Source of the DNA: Candidatus Aenigmatarchaeota archaeon
GTDB lineage: Archaea; Aenigmatarchaeota; Aenigmatarchaeia; CG10238-14; SpSt-28
Direction: 5' to 3'
Assembly: GCA_025057985.1 (NCBI GenBank)
Contig: JANXEV010000002.1
Span: 1,104-65,103, forward strand
DNA length: 64,000 nucleotides
Of this stretch, positions 52,970-62,544 are shown piece by piece. Both the position numbers and the translations under genes were made by a program. Position 1 is the stretch's first letter. The number at the start of each line of letters is the position of its first letter. Below the pieces are notes generated by a model that searched no databases, had not been told where the DNA came from, and was given only the letters and a program-made list of their open reading frames with translations.

Positions 52970-53539
52970 ATGCTAGCTAGAGAGTTTTTTGAAAGAAAGA
53001 CAGACCTGGTTGCAAGAGATTTGTTGGGTAAGATTTTGGTTAGGAAAATTTCCGACACACTTCTTAAAGGAAAGATAGTTGAAACCGAGGCTTACTTTGG
53101 TGAGAATGATCCAGCTTCTAGAGCTTATGAGGGAATGAAAAACTATAACAAAGAAATGTGGGGAGATCCAGGGAAAATATTTGTCTATAACGTCCATAAA
53201 TACTGGATGTTCAACGTTGTAGCACATTTAAAAAATGAAGTAGGGGCCGTTTTGATAAGGGCAGTACAACCAATAGATGGAATAGAGGTAATGATGAGAA
53301 ACCGAAGAGTAAATGATATCAAAGACTTGACAAACGGTCCAGGAAAATTAACAGAGGCATTTCGAATAGATAAAAGTTTTAACGGAAAATTTTTGGGAAT
53401 AAACACTGGAATATGGATTGAAGATTGTGATGAAAGAGAATTTTTCAATATAGGAAAATCTTTTAGGATAGGCGTGAAAAAAGACTTAAGAAAGAAACTA
53501 AGGTTTTATATCAGCGGGAACGAGTTTGTTTCTAGATGA
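52970..53539 (+). CDS. DNA-3-methyladenine glycosylase (MPG/AAG family)
   Basis: FFERKTDLVARDLLGKILV..GKIVETEAYFGENDPASRAY..GKIFVYNVHKYWMFNVV is the hallmark MPG sequence. Confidence 0.88.
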   Translation: MLAREFFERKTDLVARDLLGKILVRKISDTLLKGKIVETEAYFGENDPASRAYEGMKNYNKEMWGDPGKIFVYNVHKYWMFNVVAHLKNEVGAVLIRAVQPIDGIEVMMRNRRVNDIKDLTNGPGKLTEAFRIDKSFNGKFLGINTGIWIEDCDEREFFNIGKSFRIGVKKDLRKKLRFYISGNEFVSR

Positions 53540-54305
53540 TTCTGAATTTTTCTCCAAATTTTTTTATTTTTTCCACAATCTTCTCTCTAAAACTAAATCT
53601 CTCTTCCTCTATTGGCGTCCCGAAAATCCTGTTGGAAACTTTTTTTATTGCTATTGAGGCTGGAGAATTTGGATTTAATTCAACAAAGGGTTTACCTTTC
53701 GATAATGCTATTTCAACATTTTCATCGTACGGCACTTCTCCCACTACTTTAATTCCGGTTATCGCTTCTATTTCGTTCTTTTTTAACTCATAACTTTTTC
53801 CTTTAACCATGTTGACCACAACACCTAGTTGTATTTTTTGCAAGGCTTCTAAGATTTTTTTAGCTCGAAGTATGTCTGCCACAGAATTTATAAAAGGTGT
53901 AGTTACAAGTAAAACGGCATCAACAGACGTGAGTATACTCATCGCTTCTCTTCCAAAACCAGGAGCAGAATCCAGGAACACAAATTCTGAATTTAAATCT
54001 TTGAGGAAAAATTTTAGCTGAGTTAGGTCGACATATTCTAGATCTTCTAATCTTAACGATGCAGGGACGATTTTTAAGTTTTTATATTTGTAGATAACTT
54101 CTGAAAAGTCCTTTTCCCCTCTTAAAATTTTGTTAATGGTGTTGTTTGCTGTGAAAAGTCCGAAGTTGAAGTTTAGATGAGAGGTCGTGACATTACAGTC
54201 TATTAAAGTTACATCTTTTCCTAAGGAAGAAAGATAGTAGCTAAGGTTCGAAGCGATTGTTGTTTTTCCAACACCACCTTTTCCAGAAACGACGCCTATT
54301 ATCAT
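53532..54305 (-). CDS. minD: MinD/ParA-family P-loop ATPase (archaeal MinD-like)
   Basis: IGVVSGKGGVGKTTIASNLS deviant Walker A, and FLDSAPG. Start trimmed to the Met of MIIGVV, which removes the overlap with the upstream GT4 gene. Confidence 0.85.
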   Translation of the reverse strand: MIIGVVSGKGGVGKTTIASNLSYYLSSLGKDVTLIDCNVTTSHLNFNFGLFTANNTINKILRGEKDFSEVIYKYKNLKIVPASLRLEDLEYVDLTQLKFFLKDLNSEFVFLDSAPGFGREAMSILTSVDAVLLVTTPFINSVADILRAKKILEALQKIQLGVVVNMVKGKSYELKKNEIEAITGIKVVGEVPYDENVEIALSKGKPFVELNPNSPASIAIKKVSNRIFGTPIEEERFSFREKIVEKIKKFGEKFRII

Positions 54306-54333
54306 AGGTAGATTTAAAACTAGGAAATAAAAA

Positions 54334-55569
54334 TTAGAGCAAGGATTCATAAACTTGTAATGTTTCTTTTGCAACTTTCTCTAGAGAAAAGTTTTCCAAA
54401 ACTCTCTTCCTCCCATTTTTGCCCCACTTTTTAGCTTCTTCTAGATTGTCCAAAACCACGTTTATACCCCATGCAATGTCATTTGGATCCTCACCGTTGA
54501 CATGAACACCACACCTATTCTCACCGTTTGGTATGACTTGCTCTCTTAGACCAGAAACACCTCTAGCTCCTACCACGACAGGTTTTTCCATTGCCATCGC
54601 TTCTAAGCTAACTATTCCGAAAGGTTCGGAGATGCTTGGAAAAACACAAACGTCAGCCAAAGCATAATGGGCTATTCTTTCATTTTCATCTACCCACTCT
54701 GACCTAATTTCCGTATTTTTCATGATGTTTAAAGATTGTGCTAGATGAAGTAAATCAGTGTAATTTTCACCTTTACCCAATATCAAAAACTTCACGTTTT
54801 TGTGTTTTTCTAAAACTAAAGGTATAGCCCTTACTAGATTAAATATACCTTTAACCCACGTAAGCCTACCGATAAAAAGTACAACTTTTTCATCCCCTAT
54901 TCTATATCTTTTTCTCAAATCTTCGACTATACTCCAGTTAACGTTTTTCAGACTATATTTTTCTGTATCAATTCCGTTGTAAACCACATTTATTTTTTCC
55001 CTAGGATAGCCAAGACTAATTAAGAAATCTTTCATAGAATAAGAGACCGTTATGATTTTGTCTGCGGCTTTTGCAGATTCTCTTTCTATTTCCTTTACGA
55101 CTTCAGACCCTCCACCCATACATCTTTGTTCTTCTACAGAGTGAATGTGAAAAACGGCCGGCATCTTTGTATTGTTTTTAAGAATGACCCCAGCGAAACC
55201 AGAAAGCCAATCATGAAAGGATATTATGTCAAATTTTCTACCCTCTTTTTTTATCAAATGGTTCAAGAATTTCGAGGCAGAAAGATAGTTGTAGGAAAAT
55301 ATGTCTGAGAAAAATTTAAGGTGATGACCCCATTTTTTCAAATCTTCTCTAACAAAAAGGGGAAATATTTTACTACAGTCCAATATCATCGGCCTGTGAA
55401 TTTCTATATTGTTCCAAAACTCTCTCGTTTGATAATTTCCACCGTTTAGAGTAAATACAGTTACTTCGTGACCTAGTTCTACATATTTTCTTGTCATTTC
55501 TGTTGCATATGTTCCCAAACCACCGACTAGTCTTGGCCAAAACTCCCAACAAAAGAAAGCTATCTTCAT
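54334..55569 (-). CDS. Glycogen synthase-like GT-B glycosyltransferase (paralog of 19169..20338)
   Basis: MKIAFFCWEFWPRLVGGLGTYATEMTRKYVELGHEVTVFT and SEPFGIVSLEAMAMEKPVVV. Its N- and C-termini parallel those of the 19169 gene. Confidence 0.72.
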   Translation of the reverse strand: MKIAFFCWEFWPRLVGGLGTYATEMTRKYVELGHEVTVFTLNGGNYQTREFWNNIEIHRPMILDCSKIFPLFVREDLKKWGHHLKFFSDIFSYNYLSASKFLNHLIKKEGRKFDIISFHDWLSGFAGVILKNNTKMPAVFHIHSVEEQRCMGGGSEVVKEIERESAKAADKIITVSYSMKDFLISLGYPREKINVVYNGIDTEKYSLKNVNWSIVEDLRKRYRIGDEKVVLFIGRLTWVKGIFNLVRAIPLVLEKHKNVKFLILGKGENYTDLLHLAQSLNIMKNTEIRSEWVDENERIAHYALADVCVFPSISEPFGIVSLEAMAMEKPVVVGARGVSGLREQVIPNGENRCGVHVNGEDPNDIAWGINVVLDNLEEAKKWGKNGRKRVLENFSLEKVAKETLQVYESLL

Positions 55570-57063
55570 TTAGATTTTTAGTACCGGTAAATAAACTCTT
55601 TTTATATATTCCAGCGCACAGTCTTTCATGTTTACTTCTGATTTGAAAGCATTCCAACATAGCTTTCTCCATTTTTCTTTATCTTTGTACACTCTGACCG
55701 CTTTCTCCATTTTTCTGTAGAATGCTTCTGTAGAATATTCTTCTTTCCATACTAAAAACCCATTACCCTCTTCTGTTGTTTCATCAAATTCTTTTACGAC
55801 GTCGACCAACCCACCAGTTCTAGTTCCTAACACAGGAGTGCCGTTAACTAAAGCCATCATATATCCAGTACCACATGGCTCTTTGTTTGGCAGCGATGGA
55901 TATATAATCAAGTCAGCCCCAGCATACATGAGTTTCGCGAGATTTTCATCAAAGGAATATATAAAAACAAAACCGGGAAGTTTGTTATGTAAATTGTAAA
56001 AGTTGTTAGCCCATTGATGACCTATATCGTCGTTTGGATGGGCCAAACCTAATACTACGAATTGAATTCCAAACTCGTTGTGGACTTTTTCTATTATCGG
56101 CATTATAGTGTCGAAACCTTTTTGGCTACTCAATCTCCTCGGCATTATAGCGATAATTTTTTCCAAATCTAGTTTTTTTCCAGTCCTGCTTTTTATCTCG
56201 TTTATCAGTTCCTTCTTTTTTTCTAGTTTCAATTCAAGTAAGTTTTCTGGTGTAGCATTTTTATAGATCTGACATCTCCAATATTCTACATCAATCCCAT
56301 TTAAAATCCCAAACACATTCTTTTTTATAAAAACATCTCTCAAACCCTCTCCATTTACCCTCAAATTTACCGCGTAATCCTCACTTACCGTATTAACTAT
56401 ATCGCTATTTTCCACACCGCCATAAAGTAAATTAATGCAACCGTTCCAAATGAGTTTTTTCGTTTCGAAAGGCGGTAAGTTTATTAAGTCGATTCTTTCA
56501 GCAGGATGTATTTGTTGGTATGCGGCTCCAGCGTTATGTATCGTAAAAACGAACTTTGCTTTAGAAAAATCTGAATAAGAAGGATCATACTTTGCGTAAA
56601 AAAGAACTAGAGACGTGAGAGCGTCATTTAAATGAATAATATCAGGATAGACTCCTGAGATTTTAAGCGCTTCTAGAGTGCCTTTCCCTAAGAAAACGGC
56701 AAACTTGAGTAAATCCCCTAAGTATAAAGCTTCTGTGAGCTCGTCGTTGAATAGAAACAAAAAGTTAACTCCATATTTTTTTGTTTGATAAATTGTAGTT
56801 TCGTATTCCTTATCGATCTTTATTTTCACCTTCGCTATTTCTTTTAAGTTGAGATCAGAGAAGTCATTCTCTTTTTTATACCCGTCTATTACGGTGTATT
56901 TATAAAGACACGATACAACATGAACGTTTAAATTTAACTCTCCTAAAGCTTTGGCCAATTCTTCAGCTACTTGCCCTAATCCACCGGCCCTTGATTTAAA
57001 CGTTTCTAATTCAGGAGAAACTATTAAGATTTTTCTATCCTTCAATTTTTCCAAATATTTCAT
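55570..57063 (-). CDS. glgA: Glycogen (starch) synthase, GT5-like
   Basis: ILIVSPELETFKSRAGGLGQVAEELAKAL (K-x-GGL type motif) and the C-terminal NKEPCGTGYMMALVNGTPVLGTRTGGL. Start set at the Met of MKYLEKL, downstream of the PGM stop. Confidence 0.75.
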   Translation of the reverse strand: MKYLEKLKDRKILIVSPELETFKSRAGGLGQVAEELAKALGELNLNVHVVSCLYKYTVIDGYKKENDFSDLNLKEIAKVKIKIDKEYETTIYQTKKYGVNFLFLFNDELTEALYLGDLLKFAVFLGKGTLEALKISGVYPDIIHLNDALTSLVLFYAKYDPSYSDFSKAKFVFTIHNAGAAYQQIHPAERIDLINLPPFETKKLIWNGCINLLYGGVENSDIVNTVSEDYAVNLRVNGEGLRDVFIKKNVFGILNGIDVEYWRCQIYKNATPENLLELKLEKKKELINEIKSRTGKKLDLEKIIAIMPRRLSSQKGFDTIMPIIEKVHNEFGIQFVVLGLAHPNDDIGHQWANNFYNLHNKLPGFVFIYSFDENLAKLMYAGADLIIYPSLPNKEPCGTGYMMALVNGTPVLGTRTGGLVDVVKEFDETTEEGNGFLVWKEEYSTEAFYRKMEKAVRVYKDKEKWRKLCWNAFKSEVNMKDCALEYIKRVYLPVLKI

Positions 57064-57082
57064 AAAGTAATATTGTTTTTTG

Positions 57083-58444
57083 TTATAAAAGAGATAACGC
57101 TTTTTTAACCAAACCATCTATCAACTCTTTATATTTTTCGATCGTCTCTTTTTTTGAGCTTTCTATTAAGACCTTAAGAACCGGCTCCGTGTTGGAAGCT
57201 CTAATCAAAAACCAATCTTTTTCCGATAAAACTACTTTAACTCCATCCACTTCCACAACATCATATTTTTTCTTTACCTCTTCTTTGATTTTTTCCACCA
57301 GTTGATATTTTTTCTCGTCTGCTACCTCAATCTTGTAGCTTAAGAAATTCCCTACTTCGTATTCTTTTAAAATCTCTCCTAAATTTTTTTTCTCTTCTTC
57401 GAGAATTTTTAAAACTATAAGAAATGTATAAAAAGCGTCGTCCATGAAGTTCGTCTCTTTAAAATAGAAATGGTTGGACATTTCGCCTCCTAAATCCGAA
57501 CCACTTTTTTTCATTTCGTTTATTATAAAACTTCTACCCACTTTCGTTTCTATCGAGTTTACATTCATCGACTGTAGAATTTTTTTAAAAAAAGGTGGGA
57601 AAGAAGCCTCAAAGACAACTTTTTTTGGTTTTAAGTATTTTACTAGTAAGTATAGAATTTGATCGCCTCTCAACAATCTCCCATTTTCATCTATAAAAAC
57701 GATTCTGTCGGCATCACCGTCAAAAGCTACACCGAAATCTAGTTTTTTAGATTTTACAATTTCTATCAATTTTGAAAGAGATTGTTCTGTTGGTTCTGGT
57801 GAATGGGAAGGAAAGTTACCATCGATATTTTCATTCAAAATTATACACTCCGCCCCTATTTCTTTTAAAATTTCCATGAAAATAATGCTCCCAACTCCGT
57901 TTGAAAAATCTACAGCGAACTTTTTATCAGTAGAAAAGATTTTTCCGGCAAGAAATTTTTTATGTTCTTCTTTGAGATCATCAGCTTTTATCAATCTCCC
58001 AGTTTTTTTGTGTGTGAATTTTTCCTTTTCAAAAATTTCTTTGATTTTTTCTAAACCAAATCCTAAACCAATAGAGACCCCGAACTTATCGTAAATTTTC
58101 AGACCGTTGTATTCTTTCGGATTATGGGATGCCGTTATATGGAGACCGAAGTCGAAGTCACCTTTTGATATCAAAAAATTAAAAGTGGAAGTCGAAACTA
58201 AATCTAGGTCGTAGACTTCCATACCATCGTCCAACAAACCTTGAATCACAGAGCTTTTCAAACTCTTACTAGATAATCTACCATCACAACCCACAAGGAC
58301 TTTCTTTCCATTGAAATAAACGGCACAAGACCTTGCGATTTTGTAGAAAACAAGCTCGTCGATCTCTTTAAGGTAAATCCCTCTTATATCATATGTTTTA
58401 AAGATGTTGGTTTGTTTGTTTTTTTCTTCGAAAGATTTTGTCAT
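57083..58444 (-). CDS. Phosphoglucomutase/phosphomannomutase
   Basis: Active-site HITASHNP, metal loop FDGDADR, and the GGEMSNH sugar-binding loop. Confidence 0.92.
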   Translation of the reverse strand: MTKSFEEKNKQTNIFKTYDIRGIYLKEIDELVFYKIARSCAVYFNGKKVLVGCDGRLSSKSLKSSVIQGLLDDGMEVYDLDLVSTSTFNFLISKGDFDFGLHITASHNPKEYNGLKIYDKFGVSIGLGFGLEKIKEIFEKEKFTHKKTGRLIKADDLKEEHKKFLAGKIFSTDKKFAVDFSNGVGSIIFMEILKEIGAECIILNENIDGNFPSHSPEPTEQSLSKLIEIVKSKKLDFGVAFDGDADRIVFIDENGRLLRGDQILYLLVKYLKPKKVVFEASFPPFFKKILQSMNVNSIETKVGRSFIINEMKKSGSDLGGEMSNHFYFKETNFMDDAFYTFLIVLKILEEEKKNLGEILKEYEVGNFLSYKIEVADEKKYQLVEKIKEEVKKKYDVVEVDGVKVVLSEKDWFLIRASNTEPVLKVLIESSKKETIEKYKELIDGLVKKALSLL

Positions 58445-58470
58445 ATTAAATTTTAACTTTAAATAAAATT

Positions 58471-59325
58471 ATGACGGTCGATATTACATCTCTTGGTGAC
58501 GTGAACGTTGATTTGATATTAAAGGGTGGAGTAAGGATAGAAGATCCGGAAGATGAACAAAAATTTATCGAAAATTGTAGGATAAAAATAGGCGGCGGGG
58601 CTGCTAATTTTTCTATCGAAGCAGCAAAGCTTGGGATGAAAGTGAGAATGATCGGTTCTACTGGTAATGATTTTTTTTCTGAAATAATTCAAGAAGAGTT
58701 TAGAAAAGCTAACGTTGAGTTTAGATTGAAAAAACTTAATGTACCTACTGGAATAACTTTGGCTTTACAAACAGACAAAGATACAAAGTTTTTGTTAACT
58801 TTTTTAGGCAACAATAAGTTTTTTTCTATATCTGACGTTGAATTGGAAGCAATAGAAGGTGAGGTATTATACTTGTCTGGGTATAACTTATTGGAAAGTT
58901 TGAGAAAAGACATTCCGAAAATAGTAGAGTATGTAAAGAAAAAAGGTATGATTGTAGGGATGGATCCAGACATAAAAGGTAGGTTGAGCTTTGATAAGAA
59001 TGAATTTTTTTCTCTAGCTAAAGAAATAGACATACTCTTCATAAACGAGCAAGAGTCGAAGAAAATTTCTAACGATACTAAATGGTTTAAAGGCAGAACT
59101 TTGGTGATAAAGAAAGGCAGTAAAGGCGCTGTGGCTTTTGAAAACAAAAATAAGTGTGAAGTCGAGGGAATAAAATTGGAGGGTTTGGTCAACACGACTG
59201 GTGCAGGGGACGTTTTTAACGCAGCTTTTTTACATCATTACTACTACGGATATGATCTACAAGAATGTTTAGAGTTTGCTAACGAGAGAGCGGTAGAATA
59301 TATAAGAGAAATTAATTCATGGTAG
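58471..59325 (+). CDS. PfkB-family sugar kinase (second copy)
   Basis: GGGAANFS and NTTGAGDVFNAAF ribokinase-fold motifs. Divergent from the PGM gene. Confidence 0.75.
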   Translation: MTVDITSLGDVNVDLILKGGVRIEDPEDEQKFIENCRIKIGGGAANFSIEAAKLGMKVRMIGSTGNDFFSEIIQEEFRKANVEFRLKKLNVPTGITLALQTDKDTKFLLTFLGNNKFFSISDVELEAIEGEVLYLSGYNLLESLRKDIPKIVEYVKKKGMIVGMDPDIKGRLSFDKNEFFSLAKEIDILFINEQESKKISNDTKWFKGRTLVIKKGSKGAVAFENKNKCEVEGIKLEGLVNTTGAGDVFNAAFLHHYYYGYDLQECLEFANERAVEYIREINSW

Positions 59326-59338
59326 TGATAATTAAATA

Positions 59339-59698
59339 ATGAAGCTGAAGACTCTACCACCAACTTTAAGGGACAGAAAGAGGTACATTCTGTTTAAAAT
59401 AATTTCTGAAGAAAAGATAGATTTTTTACAATTTAAGGAAGCATTTTTTAACACTGTTTTGAATTTTTTCGGCGAAATCGGTTTTTCAAAAATATCTCCT
59501 AAATTTTTAGAAAACTTGTTTAACGAGCAAGAGTATAAAGGTGTGCTCAGAGTTTATTACAAACATTTGTCAGAGGCAATCTTGTGTTTGGGGTTGATTT
59601 CGAGGATCGGTGAGTCAAGAGTTAATGTTAAAATATATAAAGTTTCCGGGACAATTAAAAGTTTAATGGAAAGTAATTTAAAGATAAAAAAGAATTAA
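59339..59698 (+). CDS. rnp2: RNase P protein component 2 (Pop5)
   Basis: KTLPPTLRDRKRYILFKIISE...VSGTIKSL parallels the Pyrococcus Pop5 as I recall it (KTLPPTLRDKKRYIAFKVISE...VSGTIKRL). Confidence 0.88.
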   Translation: MKLKTLPPTLRDRKRYILFKIISEEKIDFLQFKEAFFNTVLNFFGEIGFSKISPKFLENLFNEQEYKGVLRVYYKHLSEAILCLGLISRIGESRVNVKIYKVSGTIKSLMESNLKIKKN

Positions 59699-59725
59699 TG
59701 AATTGATTAAACGAGGTGATAAAAA

Positions 59726-60430
59726 ATGGCAGGTGAAGGTTTGACTGAAGCAATGGGATACGATAGAACAATAGCTATGTTTTCTCCCGATGGTAGATTG
59801 TTCCAAGTAGAATATGCTAAAGAAGCAGTGAAAAGAGGAGTGACTGCCTTAGGAATTGTTTTCAACAAAGGTGTTTTGTTGGCTACTGCAAAAATTTTGG
59901 ACGAGCTTATGGCCCCTTCTTCGATAGAAAAAATCTTCAAAATAGACGATCATATAGGTGCAGTCGCCGCCGGATATCTCGCAGATGCAAGAGTTTTAGT
60001 CGATTTCGCTAGGGTGAAAGCTCAAAGTCATAGGATAACATTCGAAGAGCCAATAGGTGTGTGGAGTTTAGCAAAAGAAGTTGGTGACAGAATGCAACTT
60101 TTGACACAGTATGGTGGTTTGAGACCATATGGGGTCTCTATAATTTTTGGCGGAGAAGACGATACAGGCCCTCATTTAATAGAAAGCGATCCTTCTGGTA
60201 TGCTTTTCGAATGGTATGCATACTCAATAGGTAGGGGGTCTCAAGCAGCTATAAAAATTCTAAAAGAAGAATGGAATCAAAAGATTACTAAAAAAGAGGC
60301 GGTCAAGCTAGCGGTAAACATTTTAGAGAAGACAGAAAAAGTAGACAGAGAGAAAATAGACTTAGCGATAATAGAAGGTGGAAAATTTAGAGTTCTGAGT
60401 TTGGACGAAGTTGAAAAGTTGTTAAAATAG
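59726..60430 (+). CDS. psmA: Proteasome subunit alpha
   Basis: GYDRTIAMFSPDGRLFQVEYAKEAVKRG is the alpha-subunit signature. GAGGTGAT SD upstream. Confidence 0.95.
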   Translation: MAGEGLTEAMGYDRTIAMFSPDGRLFQVEYAKEAVKRGVTALGIVFNKGVLLATAKILDELMAPSSIEKIFKIDDHIGAVAAGYLADARVLVDFARVKAQSHRITFEEPIGVWSLAKEVGDRMQLLTQYGGLRPYGVSIIFGGEDDTGPHLIESDPSGMLFEWYAYSIGRGSQAAIKILKEEWNQKITKKEAVKLAVNILEKTEKVDREKIDLAIIEGGKFRVLSLDEVEKLLK

Positions 60431-60443
60431 TTGGGTAATAAAT

Positions 60444-61151
60444 ATGATAAGTGTTGATAAGGCTGTGGTCGCCAAATTAAACGTTAAAGGTATCAATTTT
60501 GAAATATTGGTCGATCCGAAAAAAGCTTGGGATTTGAAAAATGGAAAAAAAGTGGATATTGTGGAAGTTTTAGCATACCCAGCTATTTATAAAAATGCTA
60601 GAAAAGGAGAAACGGTACAACAAACAGATTTACAGAAGATTTTTGGTACGACAGATGTTTACAAGATAGCAGAAGAAATAATAAAAAAAGGTGAGTTTTC
60701 TCTAACGACAGAACAAAGAAGGGAAATGATAGAAGAAAAGAAAAATTTGATAGCTAGTATAATTTCGAAGAGAGCGATAAACCCACAAACAAACACACCC
60801 CATCCACCACAAAGAATCTTGAATGCTATGGATCAAGTTGGTGTAAACATAGATCCTTTTTTAGACGCTGAAGCACAAGTTGAAAAAGTTTTGAAATCAA
60901 TAAAACAAGTTTTGCCTATAAAGTTCCAGAAAATTTTGGTACAAATAAAAATTCCACCTCAATATATAGGTAAAGTCTACTCTTTGATATCTTCTGCAGG
61001 CGAGATAAAGAGTGAAAACTATCTGCAAGACGGTAGTTTAAGTTTAGAAATAGAAATTTTCAGCGGTGTGCAAGATGAATTCTTTAGAAAAGTAGGAGAG
61101 ATAACAAAAGGTGCTTTTGAGTCTAAGATACTCAAAAAAATAGACGTGTGA
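60444..61151 (+). CDS. SBDS-family ribosome maturation protein (SdoI)
   Basis: VVAKLNVKGINFEILVDPKKAW...VLAYPAIYKNARKGE FYSH domain. Conserved exosome-superoperon position. Confidence 0.88.
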   Translation: MISVDKAVVAKLNVKGINFEILVDPKKAWDLKNGKKVDIVEVLAYPAIYKNARKGETVQQTDLQKIFGTTDVYKIAEEIIKKGEFSLTTEQRREMIEEKKNLIASIISKRAINPQTNTPHPPQRILNAMDQVGVNIDPFLDAEAQVEKVLKSIKQVLPIKFQKILVQIKIPPQYIGKVYSLISSAGEIKSENYLQDGSLSLEIEIFSGVQDEFFRKVGEITKGAFESKILKKIDV

Positions 61152-61156
61152 TTTTT

Positions 61157-61813
61157 ATGCAAACAAGAGATATAGTTTTGCCCGGAATGTATATCGAAGA
61201 AAGGAAAGGAAGAAAGTTGAATAATTGTTATTCTGAAGGAGAAAAAGTTTATTCGAAAGTTTTAGGGATTTTGAAAATTAGTGAAGAAGAAATTTCCGTT
61301 ATACCGCTTGCTGGAAAATATATACCGAAAGTTGGTGATAGAGTGGTTGGGGTTATAGATGAAGTAGAAGTTTCTGGTTGGTGGGTAGATATAAATTCTC
61401 CTTATAAGGCATTCCTACCTATAGGGGAAGCTTTGGAAGAGTTTGTCGACCTGAAAAAAGTTGATTTAAGTAGATTTTACGACATAGGAGATGTGATATT
61501 TTGTAAAATTTCTAAGGTTACGAAAAACAAGATAGTGCAAGTTAGCATGAAAGATATGATAGCCAGGAAACTTTTCGGTGGAGCTATTATGAAAATAACA
61601 CCTTTTAAGGTTCCTAGAGTTATAGGAAAAGGTGGAAGTATGATAGAACTAATCAAATCAAAGACGAAAACTGAAATTTATGTCGGGCAAAATGGGTTGA
61701 TTTGGGTGAAGGGCGGGAAAAAAGAAAAAGCGTGGGAATGTATATCGACGATAGAAAAAGAAGCACACACGAGTGGGTTGACTGAAAAGATTAGTAAAAT
61801 GTTGGAGGGATAA
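61157..61813 (+). CDS. rrp4: Exosome complex RNA-binding subunit Rrp4
   Basis: S1 domain GDRVVGVIDEVEVSGWWVDINSPYKAFLP and KH domain VPRVIGKGGSMIELIK. ATG at 61157 is preferred over GTG at 61148. Confidence 0.9.
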   Translation: MQTRDIVLPGMYIEERKGRKLNNCYSEGEKVYSKVLGILKISEEEISVIPLAGKYIPKVGDRVVGVIDEVEVSGWWVDINSPYKAFLPIGEALEEFVDLKKVDLSRFYDIGDVIFCKISKVTKNKIVQVSMKDMIARKLFGGAIMKITPFKVPRVIGKGGSMIELIKSKTKTEIYVGQNGLIWVKGGKKEKAWECISTIEKEAHTSGLTEKISKMLEG

Positions 61814-61815
61814 AG

Positions 61816-62544
61816 ATGGGTAAAAAAACAAACATCCAACTTATGGTGGACGGAAGAAGAATAGACGGAAGGCTACCTGAACAATTGAGAGAAATTGAAA
61901 TGAAAATAGGAGAAATAGAAAATGCAGATGGGTCGGCTAGAGTGAGATTTGGGAATACAGAAGCTTTGGTTGCCGTTTACGGTCCGAGATCACTTTTTCC
62001 AAAGTTTTTACAAGAAAGTGATATGGCGATACTTAGGGTTGTTTATTCTATGGCACCTTTTTCAGTCGATGAAAGAAAAAACCCAGCACCAGATAGGAGA
62101 AGTATAGAAATTTCTAAGGTTACGAAAGATGCTTTAAGCGGAGCAGTTTTTTTAGAAGAATTTCCTAGAACAGTTATAGACGTTTACGAATACATAATTC
62201 AGGCAGACGGTAGTACGAGGGTGACGGCGATAAATGCTGCTTCTTTAGCTTTAGCGTCTGCAGGCATACCTATGAAAGATTTAGTGGCAGCTTGTTCTGT
62301 GGGAAAAATAGGTGACGTTTTGATAGTGGATCTTTGCGGGAAAGAAGATAACTACTCAGAGTCTGACATGGCGGTTGCAATGATGCCTTCTAAAGGTTTG
62401 ATCACTCTTTTACAGATGGATGGAAGGTTGACGAAGGAAGAGGTCTTGCAGCTTCTGAAAAAAGCAGAAGAAAATTGTAAAAAAATTTATGAAATGCAGA
62501 AAAAAGCGCTTTTAGAAAAGTTCAAAGTGGTTGGTGAGGATTGA
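61816..62544 (+). CDS. rrp41: Exosome complex exonuclease Rrp41
   Basis: RNase PH domain: DGRLPEQLREIEMKIGEIENADGSARVRFGNTEALVAVYGP, DRRSIEISK, and ADGSTRVTAINAASLALA. Confidence 0.93.
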   Translation: MGKKTNIQLMVDGRRIDGRLPEQLREIEMKIGEIENADGSARVRFGNTEALVAVYGPRSLFPKFLQESDMAILRVVYSMAPFSVDERKNPAPDRRSIEISKVTKDALSGAVFLEEFPRTVIDVYEYIIQADGSTRVTAINAASLALASAGIPMKDLVAACSVGKIGDVLIVDLCGKEDNYSESDMAVAMMPSKGLITLLQMDGRLTKEEVLQLLKKAEENCKKIYEMQKKALLEKFKVVGED

